Position numbers and translations under genes: made by a program. Source: an uncultured Gemmatimonadales bacterium (lineage in GTDB: Bacteria; Gemmatimonadota; Gemmatimonadetes; Gemmatimonadales; Gemmatimonadaceae). From it: 64,000 nt of DNA. Below are positions 1 through 8,575 of the stretch, piece after piece. The first letter of the stretch is position 1; each line of letters starts with the position of its first letter. The notes under the pieces are model-generated. The model was given only the letters and a program-made list of their open reading frames with translations, was not told the origin of the DNA and made no database searches. The stretch lies in contig CAWBZV010000002.1 of NCBI GenBank assembly GCA_963793305.1, positions 64,001-128,000 on the forward strand. The letters run 5' to 3'.

Positions 1-178
1 CGAGAATTATCTGACGATGACGTGCGAGTTGGTACCCGAAGGCGGGGGGACCAGGCTCGACATGAAGACCGGCGATTTCACGACGGTCGGTAACGGCGCG
101 ATCCGGTACCAGCACACCGTGGCCGGTGGCGACGGACTGTGGATCCAGCTCAAGGAAGTTGCCGAAAGCGGCAACTGA
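1..178 (+). CDS. 3' end of SRPBCC/START-like (Aha1-domain) protein, partial
   Basis: Frame 2 reads ENYLTMTCELVPEGGGTRLDMKTGDFTTVGNGAIRYQHTVAGGDGLWIQLKEVAESGN*; resembles SRPBCC C-termini; open at window edge. Confidence 0.55.
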   Translation, partial: ENYLTMTCELVPEGGGTRLDMKTGDFTTVGNGAIRYQHTVAGGDGLWIQLKEVAESGN

Positions 179-204
179 CAACGCAGCTGGGAGTTAGCCG
201 CGGA

Positions 205-411
205 CTACTTCATCTTGACGAGAAGTAGCCCGGGATCGACACCGAGCGCGACGGAGAGTCGATCGAGCACCTTCGCCGAGAACATCGCGACGCGTCCGTT
301 CTCGTAGCGGGAAATGGTTGTCACGGAGACGCGGCTTTCACTGGCGAGCTCCTGTTGCGTCCAGCGCCGCGCTTCGCGGAGCAACTTGACCCGGGTGGCG
401 AGATAGGACAT
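205..411 (-). CDS. XRE-family helix-turn-helix transcriptional regulator
   Basis: 68 aa; LREARRWTQQELA...TISRYENG...LSVALGV is a classic HTH_3 pattern; divergent from the cytochrome operon. Confidence 0.9.
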   Translation of the reverse strand: MSYLATRVKLLREARRWTQQELASESRVSVTTISRYENGRVAMFSAKVLDRLSVALGVDPGLLLVKMK

Positions 412-506
412 GGGTGCATCCTGCGCTCCGTGCAGCGCCTGCCCAAGGGATCTGGGGTGAATGACACGCTGCGCGGGGTCAAAACTGGTGCCCGCGAAGC
501 CAATGC

Positions 507-520
507 TGCCAGTAGTGGCA
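507..520. promoter_or_regulatory. Palindromic operator-like site, copy 1 (TGCCA-GTAG-TGGCA)
   Basis: Inverted repeat with the same core as 677-698. Confidence 0.55.
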
Positions 521-577
521 ACACGCCGGAAGCGCTAATACATGGATGTGATATGTCGGCGCGTGCCCTTCGGGCTA

Positions 578-597
578 CGCTAACTGCGCAGTTAGCG
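578..597. promoter_or_regulatory. Perfect 20-bp palindrome CGCTAACTGCGCAGTTAGCG
   Basis: Read directly in the XRE/cyc2 intergenic region; function unknown. Confidence 0.45.
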
Positions 598-676
598 AAC
601 AGCCTGCTGTGTAATGGCTTGCGAGCCAACAATACCAAGTGACCCGTCGAGCGACCTCGGCCGTCTAAGCCATTTG

Positions 677-698
677 CACTTGCCAATAGTGGCAAGTG
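677..698. promoter_or_regulatory. Palindromic operator-like site, copy 2 (CACTTGCCA-ATAG-TGGCAAGTG)
   Basis: Perfect 9-bp arms, 70 nt upstream of the cyc2-like start codon. Confidence 0.6.
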
Positions 699-768
699 TG
701 ACTATCCATCCCGCCGCTTGCACAGCTGATCTGACCGTCCGGCTTCACACGCACCCGGAGGCATCAGG

Positions 769-2176
769 ATGCTTTTGACTACGGGGATCCTCGGCGCGAT
801 CCTCACGGCCAATGTGGCCACGGGTACGACCGCGTTCCGCGCGTACACGGCCTCGCTGAACGCCAAGGCCCATGCGAGCAAGGTGATTCCCGCGTTTGCC
901 CGCAAGTACGGCCTCCGATGTTCGGCCTGTCACACCGCGTGGCCCGAGCTCAATGCCTTCGGGCAGGCGTTCCGCGACAACGGCTACCAGCTCGGCAACG
1001 ATCGCGACTCGCCGATTTTCAAGGACGCGAGCTATTTGCCGATCGCGCTGCGCATCACGCCGCAGTGGCACGAGGAGAGCACGACGAATCAAACCGTCGA
1101 CGCCGTGCCGGGCGACTCGTCGGTCAAAGTCGCGCGTCGCCTCACCACGCACGGGTTCGACCTCTCGGGCATGGACTTCTGGACCGCCGGCACGCTGTAC
1201 AAGAACATTCTCGTTCGTCCTGCTCTTCTCATCCGACCCGTTCGCGTCGTTCCACTTCGAATCCGCGTTCATCCGGTTCGACAACCTCGCGAACAGTCCG
1301 TGGCTCAACGTGAAGTTCGGAAAGTTCGAGCTGGACAACTTGATCTCCGAAAAACGGTTCCTGTTCCTGTCCGCCAACGGCGGCGTCTACCAGAGCTACC
1401 ATTTCGTTCCCGTCGGCGACAACACCGGGTTCGGTATCGGCGACAACCAGCTGGGCGTCGAGCTCGCGGGCCACAGCAAGAACAGCTATACCCGGTACAG
1501 CGCCTCGCTGCTGTCGTCGGTCGACGGCACACCGGGCACGCCGACCGGCAATAGCTACGACGCATTTTTCGCGGTCAGCCAAGGGTTCCAAGCCGGCGCA
1601 CTCGGGGTCGAGCGCATCGGCGCCTACTGGTACCTCGGGCAGCAGTCCTCGTTGTACCGGACATTGGGCGGGGCGCCGATCGCGGGCAGCGGGGTCGACA
1701 ACAAGACCTTCTATCGCGCCGGCCTCTCCGGCGATCTCTACGCCGGTCCGATCGAGTTCATGCCGTTCTACATGCACGGGCGCGACGATCCGTACCTCGG
1801 CACGAGCACGCCGGGGAATCAGGCGCTGCCGACCGGTGCCATCGGTCCGCAGTGGAACGCCGAGTTTCTCGAGACGCACGAGTACATGAATTCGCGCTTT
1901 GTGCTGCTGCAGCGGGCCGAGTTCGTGCGAATGTCCCAACAGGCGCTGCCGGGCACGCCGAGCACGCTGGGTGACATTGACGCCTACTCGTTCGGCGGCC
2001 GGTGGATGCCGTTCATGTTCAGCCGCGCGGGACTCGCGTTCCACGCGGAGTACTCGCTCACCCGAACCGTCGGCAACGTCCCGATCAGCGCCGATGGCGT
2101 GGGGCTTCCGCCGCTCAATCCAACGGCGAGCGTCTGGAGCAGCAGCTTGCTGTTCGCCTTCGACTTCGCCTTCTGA
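769..2176 (+). CDS. cyc2: Cyc2-like monoheme cytochrome c-porin fusion (one +1 frameshift near 1208)
   Basis: Signal peptide, then PAFARKYGLRCSACHTAWPELNAFGQAFRDNGY (PxFAR[Q/K][T/Y] plus CxxCH, the Cyc2 signature); joining ORFs 769..1554 and 896..2176 gives about 468 aa with amphipathic beta-strands ending in LFAFDFAF. Confidence 0.78.
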
Positions 2177-2185
2177 GGAGCCGAC

Positions 2186-2992
2186 ATGAGACTCGTATAT
2201 ATCGGTCTGCTCGTCTCGGCGGTCGCCGCCACCAGCGCGACGCAGGCGCAACCGTCGATCCTCGGCGGTACGCGAGAAGATTTTCGGCGGTACTGCGCCG
2301 GATGCCACGGCAATGCCGGCGATGGCCAGGGCGAGAACGCGGACTGGATCGACCCCAAGCCCCGCGACTTCACGCTGGCCACGTTCAAGTGCCGGTCGAC
2401 GCCGAGCGGCACGCTGCCGACCGACGACGATCTGTACAACACCGTGCGGCGCGGGCTCGTGAACTCGAACATGCCGTCGTGGCGGCCGCTGGCCGACGAT
2501 CAGATCCACCAGCTCGTCGAGTACATCAAGACGTTCTCGCCGCGGTGGAAGACGGAGAAGCCGGGAACGCCGATCACGGTACCGCCCGAGATTCCGGTGA
2601 CCGCGGACGACATTCTCGCCGGGCGCGCGCTCTTCCAGAAAATGGAATGCTGGAAGTGCCACGGTCCCGAAGGGCGTGGGAATGGCCCATTGGCATTGAC
2701 GCTCACCGACAGCAAGGATCAGCCGATCAAGCCGTTCAACTTCGCGGCCAGCTCGCGGTTCAAGTGCGGCACGACGAATCACGATCTCTACAAGATCTTC
2801 CTGACCGGGCTCGATGGGACGCCCATGCCGTCGTTCGCCGACAACTTCCATGGCGACGATGCCTGGCACCTCGTGCATTTCCTGCGGACGCTGCAGCAGG
2901 CCGAGTCGCCCGAGAAGGTGGTGTGGGAGCAATGGACGAGCACGCACCAAGGACAGTTGAAGCCAATCGGACCCGATGGGGGCGGACAATGA
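2186..2992 (+). CDS. Periplasmic diheme cytochrome c
   Basis: Signal peptide; CAGCH and CWKCH each followed by PxPxxF and MPSW/MPSF distal Met; GAGGAG RBS. Confidence 0.9.
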   Translation: MRLVYIGLLVSAVAATSATQAQPSILGGTREDFRRYCAGCHGNAGDGQGENADWIDPKPRDFTLATFKCRSTPSGTLPTDDDLYNTVRRGLVNSNMPSWRPLADDQIHQLVEYIKTFSPRWKTEKPGTPITVPPEIPVTADDILAGRALFQKMECWKCHGPEGRGNGPLALTLTDSKDQPIKPFNFAASSRFKCGTTNHDLYKIFLTGLDGTPMPSFADNFHGDDAWHLVHFLRTLQQAESPEKVVWEQWTSTHQGQLKPIGPDGGGQ

Positions 2993-3702
2993 CACGGACG
3001 ATCGCTGCACTTGGTGCAGTGCTTATCGGCACGACCGCGTGGGCGCCATCGGCGCCACGCGCCACGCTCGCAGGCTCAGTGACCGGGACGATCACGTTCA
3101 CCGGCACGCCGCCCAAAATGAAGCCGATCGACATGGCGAAGGAGCCTTCCTGCGCCAAGCAACATGCGACGCCAATCGAGACCGAGACGGTCGTCACGGG
3201 CCCGAACAACGCGCTGCAGTACGTCGTGGTCTACGTGTCGGCCGGCGATCAGGGATCAGAGACCCCGACGACGCCCGTGCATCTCGAGCAGAAGGGCTGC
3301 CAGTACATCCCGCACGTGGTCGTGCTGCACGCGGGCCAGTCGCTCGAAATCGCGAACGACGATCAGACCTCGCACAACATCGATCCGCTGCCGACGAAAA
3401 ACCCGGAGTGGAACAAGTCCCAGCCACCCGGATCGCCACCGATCGTCACCAAGTACGACAACCCGGACTTCATCCCGGTCAAGTGCAATGTCCATCCCTG
3501 GATGCACGGCTATCACATCGTGCTCGCCACGTCCCATTTCGGCGTCTCCGGCAATGACGGGACGTACACGATTACGGGACTTCCCCCGGGGAAGTACACG
3601 CTCACCGCGTGGCACGAGAAGTTCGGCACGATGACGCAGGACGTGACCGTGGGTGCACAACCAACCAAGGCCGACTTCCAGTTTAAAGCCACGCCGTACT
3701 GA
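2989..3702 (+). CDS. Secreted cupredoxin-like protein with carboxypeptidase-regulatory-like domain
   Basis: ATGA overlap; signal peptide; SHNI...KCNVHPWM (His-Cys-His-Met copper ligand set); C-terminal GTYTITGLPPGKYTLTAWHE. Confidence 0.8.
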   Translation: MTRTIAALGAVLIGTTAWAPSAPRATLAGSVTGTITFTGTPPKMKPIDMAKEPSCAKQHATPIETETVVTGPNNALQYVVVYVSAGDQGSETPTTPVHLEQKGCQYIPHVVVLHAGQSLEIANDDQTSHNIDPLPTKNPEWNKSQPPGSPPIVTKYDNPDFIPVKCNVHPWMHGYHIVLATSHFGVSGNDGTYTITGLPPGKYTLTAWHEKFGTMTQDVTVGAQPTKADFQFKATPY

Positions 3703-3704
3703 CC

Positions 3705-4508
3705 ATGGCCAAACTGTTCGCAGTCTTGGTCGCGGTCATCACGATCGTCTCGACGGGGATCTTCGTCGCGCGTACGTGGTGGCTCCCGCCCGACATCTCG
3801 GTGGTCGGCCCATTGATCGATAGTCAGTTGATGGAAACGATGGTCGCCGCGGGCGTGCTGTTCGTGGTCTCGCAGCTGTCGCTGGCGCTGTTCGTCTGGC
3901 GGGTCTCGGACGAGAAGAAGGAGCGGCCGCTCAGGCGATTTCCCGGTGGCGCGACGCCGTTGGTCGTCTTGGCGACGGCGCTGGTCGGCATCGAGGTCCT
4001 GACCCTGTCATTGGTGGGATCGAAGATCTGGTACAACACATTTCTTGCGCCCGCCCCCGCGAATGCGCTCAAGGTCGACGTTCAAGCAGGACAGTTCGCG
4101 TTCTATTTCCGGTATCCCGGGCCCGACGGCACGTTCGGCACGCCGCATCCGGACAAGATCGATGAGGGCGGGGGCAACTTCTTCGGGCTCGATCCGGCGA
4201 ATGACATCGACGCGCGAGATGACATCGTCACCGCGGAGCTCGCCGTTCCGGTCAATCGGCCGGTCCTGCTGACCATGCATGCCAAAAACGTCATTCATTC
4301 GTTCTACGTCCCCGAGCTGAGACTGCAGCAGGACTTCGTGCCGGGTCTCGTGATTCCGCTGCACTTCACGGCGACGCAGGTCGCGAAGACCGAAATCGTG
4401 TGCACGCAGCTGTGTGGGCTCGGGCACTATAACATGAAGACCTACCTCGAGGTCATGTCGCAAGCCGACTTCGACAAGTGGCTCAAGGACCAGGCGGCAG
4501 CGCAATGA
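3705..4508 (+). CDS. coxB: Cytochrome c oxidase subunit II (CuA)
   Basis: N-terminal TM helices; VIHSFYVP and CTQLCGLGHYNM CuA motif. Confidence 0.93.
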   Translation: MAKLFAVLVAVITIVSTGIFVARTWWLPPDISVVGPLIDSQLMETMVAAGVLFVVSQLSLALFVWRVSDEKKERPLRRFPGGATPLVVLATALVGIEVLTLSLVGSKIWYNTFLAPAPANALKVDVQAGQFAFYFRYPGPDGTFGTPHPDKIDEGGGNFFGLDPANDIDARDDIVTAELAVPVNRPVLLTMHAKNVIHSFYVPELRLQQDFVPGLVIPLHFTATQVAKTEIVCTQLCGLGHYNMKTYLEVMSQADFDKWLKDQAAAQ

Positions 4509-6241
4509 CGACGGTCTCGACACCACCAACGGTCGCGCACCACCACGGCCCGCCAACGACGTTCATCAGTAAGTACGTCTTTTCGACGGATCACAAGGTC
4601 ATCGGCAAGCAGTACCTGGGCCTGGCGCTCGTCGCGGTCACCACGGGGATGGTGCTCTCGTGGTATATGCGGTTTCATTTGGCATTCCCGGACGCCAAAG
4701 CGCCGGGGCTCGGCACGATCACGCCCGAGCAGTATCTGCAACTCATGACGATGCACGGCACGATCATGGTGTTTTTCGTGCTGACGACGGCGCCATTCGC
4801 GGGCTTCGGGAATTTCTTCCTGCCGCTGCACGTCGGCGCGGAAGACATGCCGTTCCCGCACTTCAACATGATGTCGTTCTGGGTCACGCTCACGGCGTTC
4901 CTCGTGCTCGTGGCCTCGTTCGTGGTCCCCGAAGGGCCGGCGCTCGCGGGATGGACGGCCTATGCGCCGTTGAGCGCGGTCGGGAGCGGATCCGGCCCGG
5001 GCGAAGGCCTCGGCCAGACGCTGTGGGCGATCTCGATCTTCATCTTCTGCATCGGGCAGCTGCTCGGCGCACTCAACTTCATCTGCACCGTGCTGGACAT
5101 GCGGACGAAGGGGTTGTCGCTCGCGCGCTTGCCGTACGTCACGTGGGCGTGGTTCATCACCTCGGTGATCGGGCTCATCGCGTTCTCCGTCCTGAGCTCG
5201 GCGTGTGTCCTGTTGATCCTGGATCGCGTGGCGGGCACCAGCTTCTTCATCCCGGCCGGCCTCGTGGTGAATGATCGCGTGCTCACCACCCATGCCGGTG
5301 GCTCGCCGCTCCTCTGGCAGCATCTCTTCTGGTTCTTCGGACACCCCGAAGTCTATATCGCGATCCTGCCGGGCTTCGGCATCATCTCGACGATTCTGCC
5401 GGCGTGCGCCCGGAAGCCGCTGCTCGGCCCACGGGTGATGATCGGGTGCATGGCCGCCATCGGGTTCTTGAGCTACACCGTGTGGGGCCATCACATGTTC
5501 TTGAGTGGGATGAACCCGACGTCGGCGATGGGGTTCTCCGTCCCGACGCTGATCATCACCATTCCGGCGACGATCGCGACGTTGCTGTGGCTTGGGACGC
5601 TCTATGGGTCCAAGTACCGGTTCACCACGGCGGGGCTGTTTTGTCTGGGATTCATCTCCGTGTTCATCACCGGCGGATTGAGCGGATTCTTTCTGGCGCA
5701 GCCGTCGATCGACACGTATCTCCACGCGACGTATTTCGTGGTCGCGCATTTCCACTTCGTCATGGCGGTCGCGGCGATATTCGGCATCTTCGCCGGCACG
5801 TACTTCTGGTTCCCGAAGATGTTCGGCCGCATGATGAACGAGACGCTCGGCAAGTGGCACTTCGCCTTGACGTTCATCGGCGTCTACGCCGTGTTCATGC
5901 CGATGCACTACCTCGGCTTGGCCGGCAACGTCAGACGCTATTCGTCGTTCCCCGCCGAGTACATGAGCCAGGCGCTGCCGCTGCACAAGTGGATCACGAT
6001 CGCCGCGCTGTTCACCGGCGCGGTGCAGCTCATCTTCCTCTACAACCTGATTCGGAGCCGGTTCGCCGGGGAGAAGGCTCCGGACAACCCGTGGGACGCC
6101 ACGAGCCTGGAGTGGTCGACGGAGTCTCCGCCGCCGTTTGACAATTTCGGCGGACGCCATCTCGTGGTGTCCCACGGGCCCGACGAGTATGGGGTCCAGA
6201 GTCCGCGCGGCGACTACGTCATGCAAACGGATCCGCCATGA
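4505..6241 (+). CDS. coxA: Cytochrome c oxidase subunit I, A1-type
   Basis: STDHKVIG, MHGTIM, WFFGHPEVY, VWGHHMF, VAHFHFV, VRRY motifs; ATGA overlap with coxB. Confidence 0.96.
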   Translation: MTTVSTPPTVAHHHGPPTTFISKYVFSTDHKVIGKQYLGLALVAVTTGMVLSWYMRFHLAFPDAKAPGLGTITPEQYLQLMTMHGTIMVFFVLTTAPFAGFGNFFLPLHVGAEDMPFPHFNMMSFWVTLTAFLVLVASFVVPEGPALAGWTAYAPLSAVGSGSGPGEGLGQTLWAISIFIFCIGQLLGALNFICTVLDMRTKGLSLARLPYVTWAWFITSVIGLIAFSVLSSACVLLILDRVAGTSFFIPAGLVVNDRVLTTHAGGSPLLWQHLFWFFGHPEVYIAILPGFGIISTILPACARKPLLGPRVMIGCMAAIGFLSYTVWGHHMFLSGMNPTSAMGFSVPTLIITIPATIATLLWLGTLYGSKYRFTTAGLFCLGFISVFITGGLSGFFLAQPSIDTYLHATYFVVAHFHFVMAVAAIFGIFAGTYFWFPKMFGRMMNETLGKWHFALTFIGVYAVFMPMHYLGLAGNVRRYSSFPAEYMSQALPLHKWITIAALFTGAVQLIFLYNLIRSRFAGEKAPDNPWDATSLEWSTESPPPFDNFGGRHLVVSHGPDEYGVQSPRGDYVMQTDPP

Positions 6242-6801
6242 CCCCCAAGGTCGGGTCGCCGCCCAGCGCGGCGCGCACCGGCGTGTGGGTCGGCATGGGC
6301 GCGATCGCCATGGTGTTCGCCGCCTATACGAGCGCGATGATGGTCCGGCGTGAAGGGGCGCCAGACTGGCATCACTTCCAACTGCCGTCGATTCTCTACG
6401 TCAATACGGTGATCTTGCTCGCCTCGAGCGTGGCGCTCGAAGCCGGTCGCCGCCGTATTGGCGATGATTACGAGGTGGGACGCGCTGCGCGCGCCTATCT
6501 GTCCCTGGCGCTCTTGCTCGGGGTCGCCTTCCTGGTGGGACAGGTCATCGCGTGGCGCGATTTGGCGGGGCAGGGACTCTTCCTGGCGACAAATCCAGCG
6601 AGCTCTTTCTTCTACGTGTTCACGGCGGCCCACGGGCTCCACCTCATTGGGGGCCTCGTCGCGCTGGCGTACGTGCTGCGGCGCGTACGCCTCGCGATCG
6701 GTCCTGGCACGTACGGCGCGCTCGGTGCGGTCGCGCTGTACTGGCACTTCATGGACGTGCTGTGGCTCTATCTCCTGGGGGTCTTGGCCGTATGGCTATG
6801 A
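6238..6801 (+). CDS. coxC: Heme-copper oxidase subunit III (short form, copy a)
   Basis: NTVILLASS, FFYVFTAAHGLHLIGG, LYWHFMDVLW. Confidence 0.9.
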   Translation: MTPKVGSPPSAARTGVWVGMGAIAMVFAAYTSAMMVRREGAPDWHHFQLPSILYVNTVILLASSVALEAGRRRIGDDYEVGRAARAYLSLALLLGVAFLVGQVIAWRDLAGQGLFLATNPASSFFYVFTAAHGLHLIGGLVALAYVLRRVRLAIGPGTYGALGAVALYWHFMDVLWLYLLGVLAVWL

Positions 6802-7388
6802 CGATGGAAGCGACGCCGTTCGGAATGCCGAGCCGGAAGTTCGCGATGTGGCTGTTCATCATCGCGGACGCGGCCACGTTCGCGGCGATTCTCTTTGCCT
6901 ACGGGTATGTGCGGTTCGCGAGTCCGAACTGGACCCGCCCCTTCGAGTTCTGGCCGACGATCGCCAACGGCCTCCTGATGACGGTCGTGCTGCTGACGAG
7001 CAGCTTCACCATGGTCGCCGCGACCGTCACGGCGCGCGACGGGAAACAGTCGCGGGCGTTGCAATGGCTGGCGGCCACGATCGTGCTCGGCACCGTGTTC
7101 GCGGTGCTGCATGTCACCGAGTGGGTCACGATGTTTCACGAAGGATGGTCGACCGCCACCAACCCGCTCGGTGGGTCGACGCTCGTCGGCGGCACGTTCT
7201 TTATCATCACGGGTCTGAGCCTGCTCCACGTGGTCGCGGGCGTCATTGCGCTCGTCGTCATCGCTGGCGGCTACCGGCGCGGACGCTGGGACGCCAGCTA
7301 CATCGAGACGACTGGCCTCTACTGGCAATTCGTGGACGTGGTCTGGATGTTCGTGTTCCCACTCGTCTACCTCCTCAACGCCAAATGA
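6798..7388 (+). CDS. coxC: Heme-copper oxidase subunit III (short form, copy b)
   Basis: KFAMWLFIIADAATF, FFIITG, GLYWQFVDVVWMFVFPLVYL; ATGA overlap. Confidence 0.9.
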   Translation: MTMEATPFGMPSRKFAMWLFIIADAATFAAILFAYGYVRFASPNWTRPFEFWPTIANGLLMTVVLLTSSFTMVAATVTARDGKQSRALQWLAATIVLGTVFAVLHVTEWVTMFHEGWSTATNPLGGSTLVGGTFFIITGLSLLHVVAGVIALVVIAGGYRRGRWDASYIETTGLYWQFVDVVWMFVFPLVYLLNAK

Positions 7389-7660
7389 GACTCTACCTGA
7401 TGGCCTGGATCGGCGCGATGCTCATCGTCGCGATCGAGGCGTGGCTCGCGTACGCGCACATGTCAATGGTCGTGCTGATGGCGTCGTTTCTGTTGCTGGC
7501 GATCGTCGAGTCGGCCATCGCGCTCCGGTACTTCATGAACCTCAAGTACGAGCCGCCGGGGCTCTTTTGGACCCTGATCCCGGGGTTCGTGTTCGCGCTG
7601 CTCATGCTGAACCACATCTGGCCCGACGCCGTCCGGGTGACCGCGCTCAGGTTCCCATGA
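7385..7660 (+). CDS. Cytochrome c oxidase subunit IV (prokaryotic COX4 type)
   Basis: 91 aa, three TM segments, YFMNLKYE motif; ATGA overlap. Confidence 0.8.
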   Translation: MRLYLMAWIGAMLIVAIEAWLAYAHMSMVVLMASFLLLAIVESAIALRYFMNLKYEPPGLFWTLIPGFVFALLMLNHIWPDAVRVTALRFP

Positions 7661-7755
7661 TCCACACGATGGTGCGAGCGATGTGGATCATGATGGTCCC
7701 TGCGTTCTGTCTCTGCACGCTCGTCACGATCCTCGCGATTCGCAAACGCCACTGA
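7657..7755 (+). CDS. Small single-TM protein at the end of the cox operon
   Basis: 32 aa MIHTMVRAMWIMMVPAFCLCTLVTILAIRKRH; ATGA-coupled to subunit IV. Confidence 0.4.
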   Translation: MIHTMVRAMWIMMVPAFCLCTLVTILAIRKRH

Positions 7756-7775
7756 TCCGGCACTAAATTCGGGGC

Positions 7776-8573
7776 ATGCTGCCCCATCTCGTGCTGGCCC
7801 TGCAGGTGGTCGCGCTCTGGCCGAACGGAGCGCCCGGATTTGAGCGCCTGAAGAATGAGCCGGAGCTCGCCCGCGATTACTGGGTCCGGCACATCAACAA
7901 TCCGTCGATCACCGTCTACTTGCCGCCGAAGGACAAAGCGACAGGCGCGGCGGTCGTCATCTGTCCGGGCGGCGGATTTCGCGAGCTCGTGTTTCAGGCC
8001 GAGGGGAATGACCCCGCGCGGTTCTTCAACACGCTCGGCATCGCTGCGTTCGTCCTGAAATACCGCCTCCCGCAGGAAGAAGGCTCACCCTACTCGCTCG
8101 ACAACGTGCGCCAGGACGGCATGCGCGCGATGCGCCTCGTTCGTTCCCGTGCGGCCGTGTGGGGAGTTGATCCGCATAAAATCGGGCTGATGGGCTTCTC
8201 GGCCGGTGGCAGCGTCGCATTGCTCGTCACGTTCACGCCAAACGCTGGCGATGCCACGGCGAGCGATCCCATAGAGCAGGCCAGTGCCCGGCCGGATTTC
8301 CTGATCATGATCTACCCCGGACCGCTCGGCATTCCGGACTCGCTTCCGCCGACCGCGCCACCGGCGTTTTTGCTCGCCGCCGACGATGATCCGTGCTGCT
8401 CGGAATCGACCGTCAACTTGCTGCGCCTCTATCGGGCCGCGAAGATCCCGGTCGAGGCCCATCTCTTCGTCCGCGGCGGGCACGGGTTCAACATGGGCTA
8501 TCGCTCGTCGCTGGCCACGATCAAGGGATGGCCGCAACGCCTCGCGGATTGGCTGGCGGACAACTCGCTCTGA
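7776..8573 (+). CDS. Alpha/beta hydrolase (acetyl-esterase-like)
   Basis: CPGGGF, GFSAGG nucleophile elbow, GGHGF catalytic His. Confidence 0.88.
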   Translation: MLPHLVLALQVVALWPNGAPGFERLKNEPELARDYWVRHINNPSITVYLPPKDKATGAAVVICPGGGFRELVFQAEGNDPARFFNTLGIAAFVLKYRLPQEEGSPYSLDNVRQDGMRAMRLVRSRAAVWGVDPHKIGLMGFSAGGSVALLVTFTPNAGDATASDPIEQASARPDFLIMIYPGPLGIPDSLPPTAPPAFLLAADDDPCCSESTVNLLRLYRAAKIPVEAHLFVRGGHGFNMGYRSSLATIKGWPQRLADWLADNSL

Positions 8574-8575
8574 GC

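Noticed and set aside
205..411. XRE gene as a prophage or ICE repressor
   Set aside because: No integrase, phage or conjugation genes and no att-like repeats nearby
1229..6226. Long antisense ORFs (1229..3010, 4442..6226) and similar ones such as 30945..33446, 11458..12852, 49523..50716
   Set aside because: Shadows of real genes in high-GC DNA; Arg/Gly-rich with no recognisable motifs
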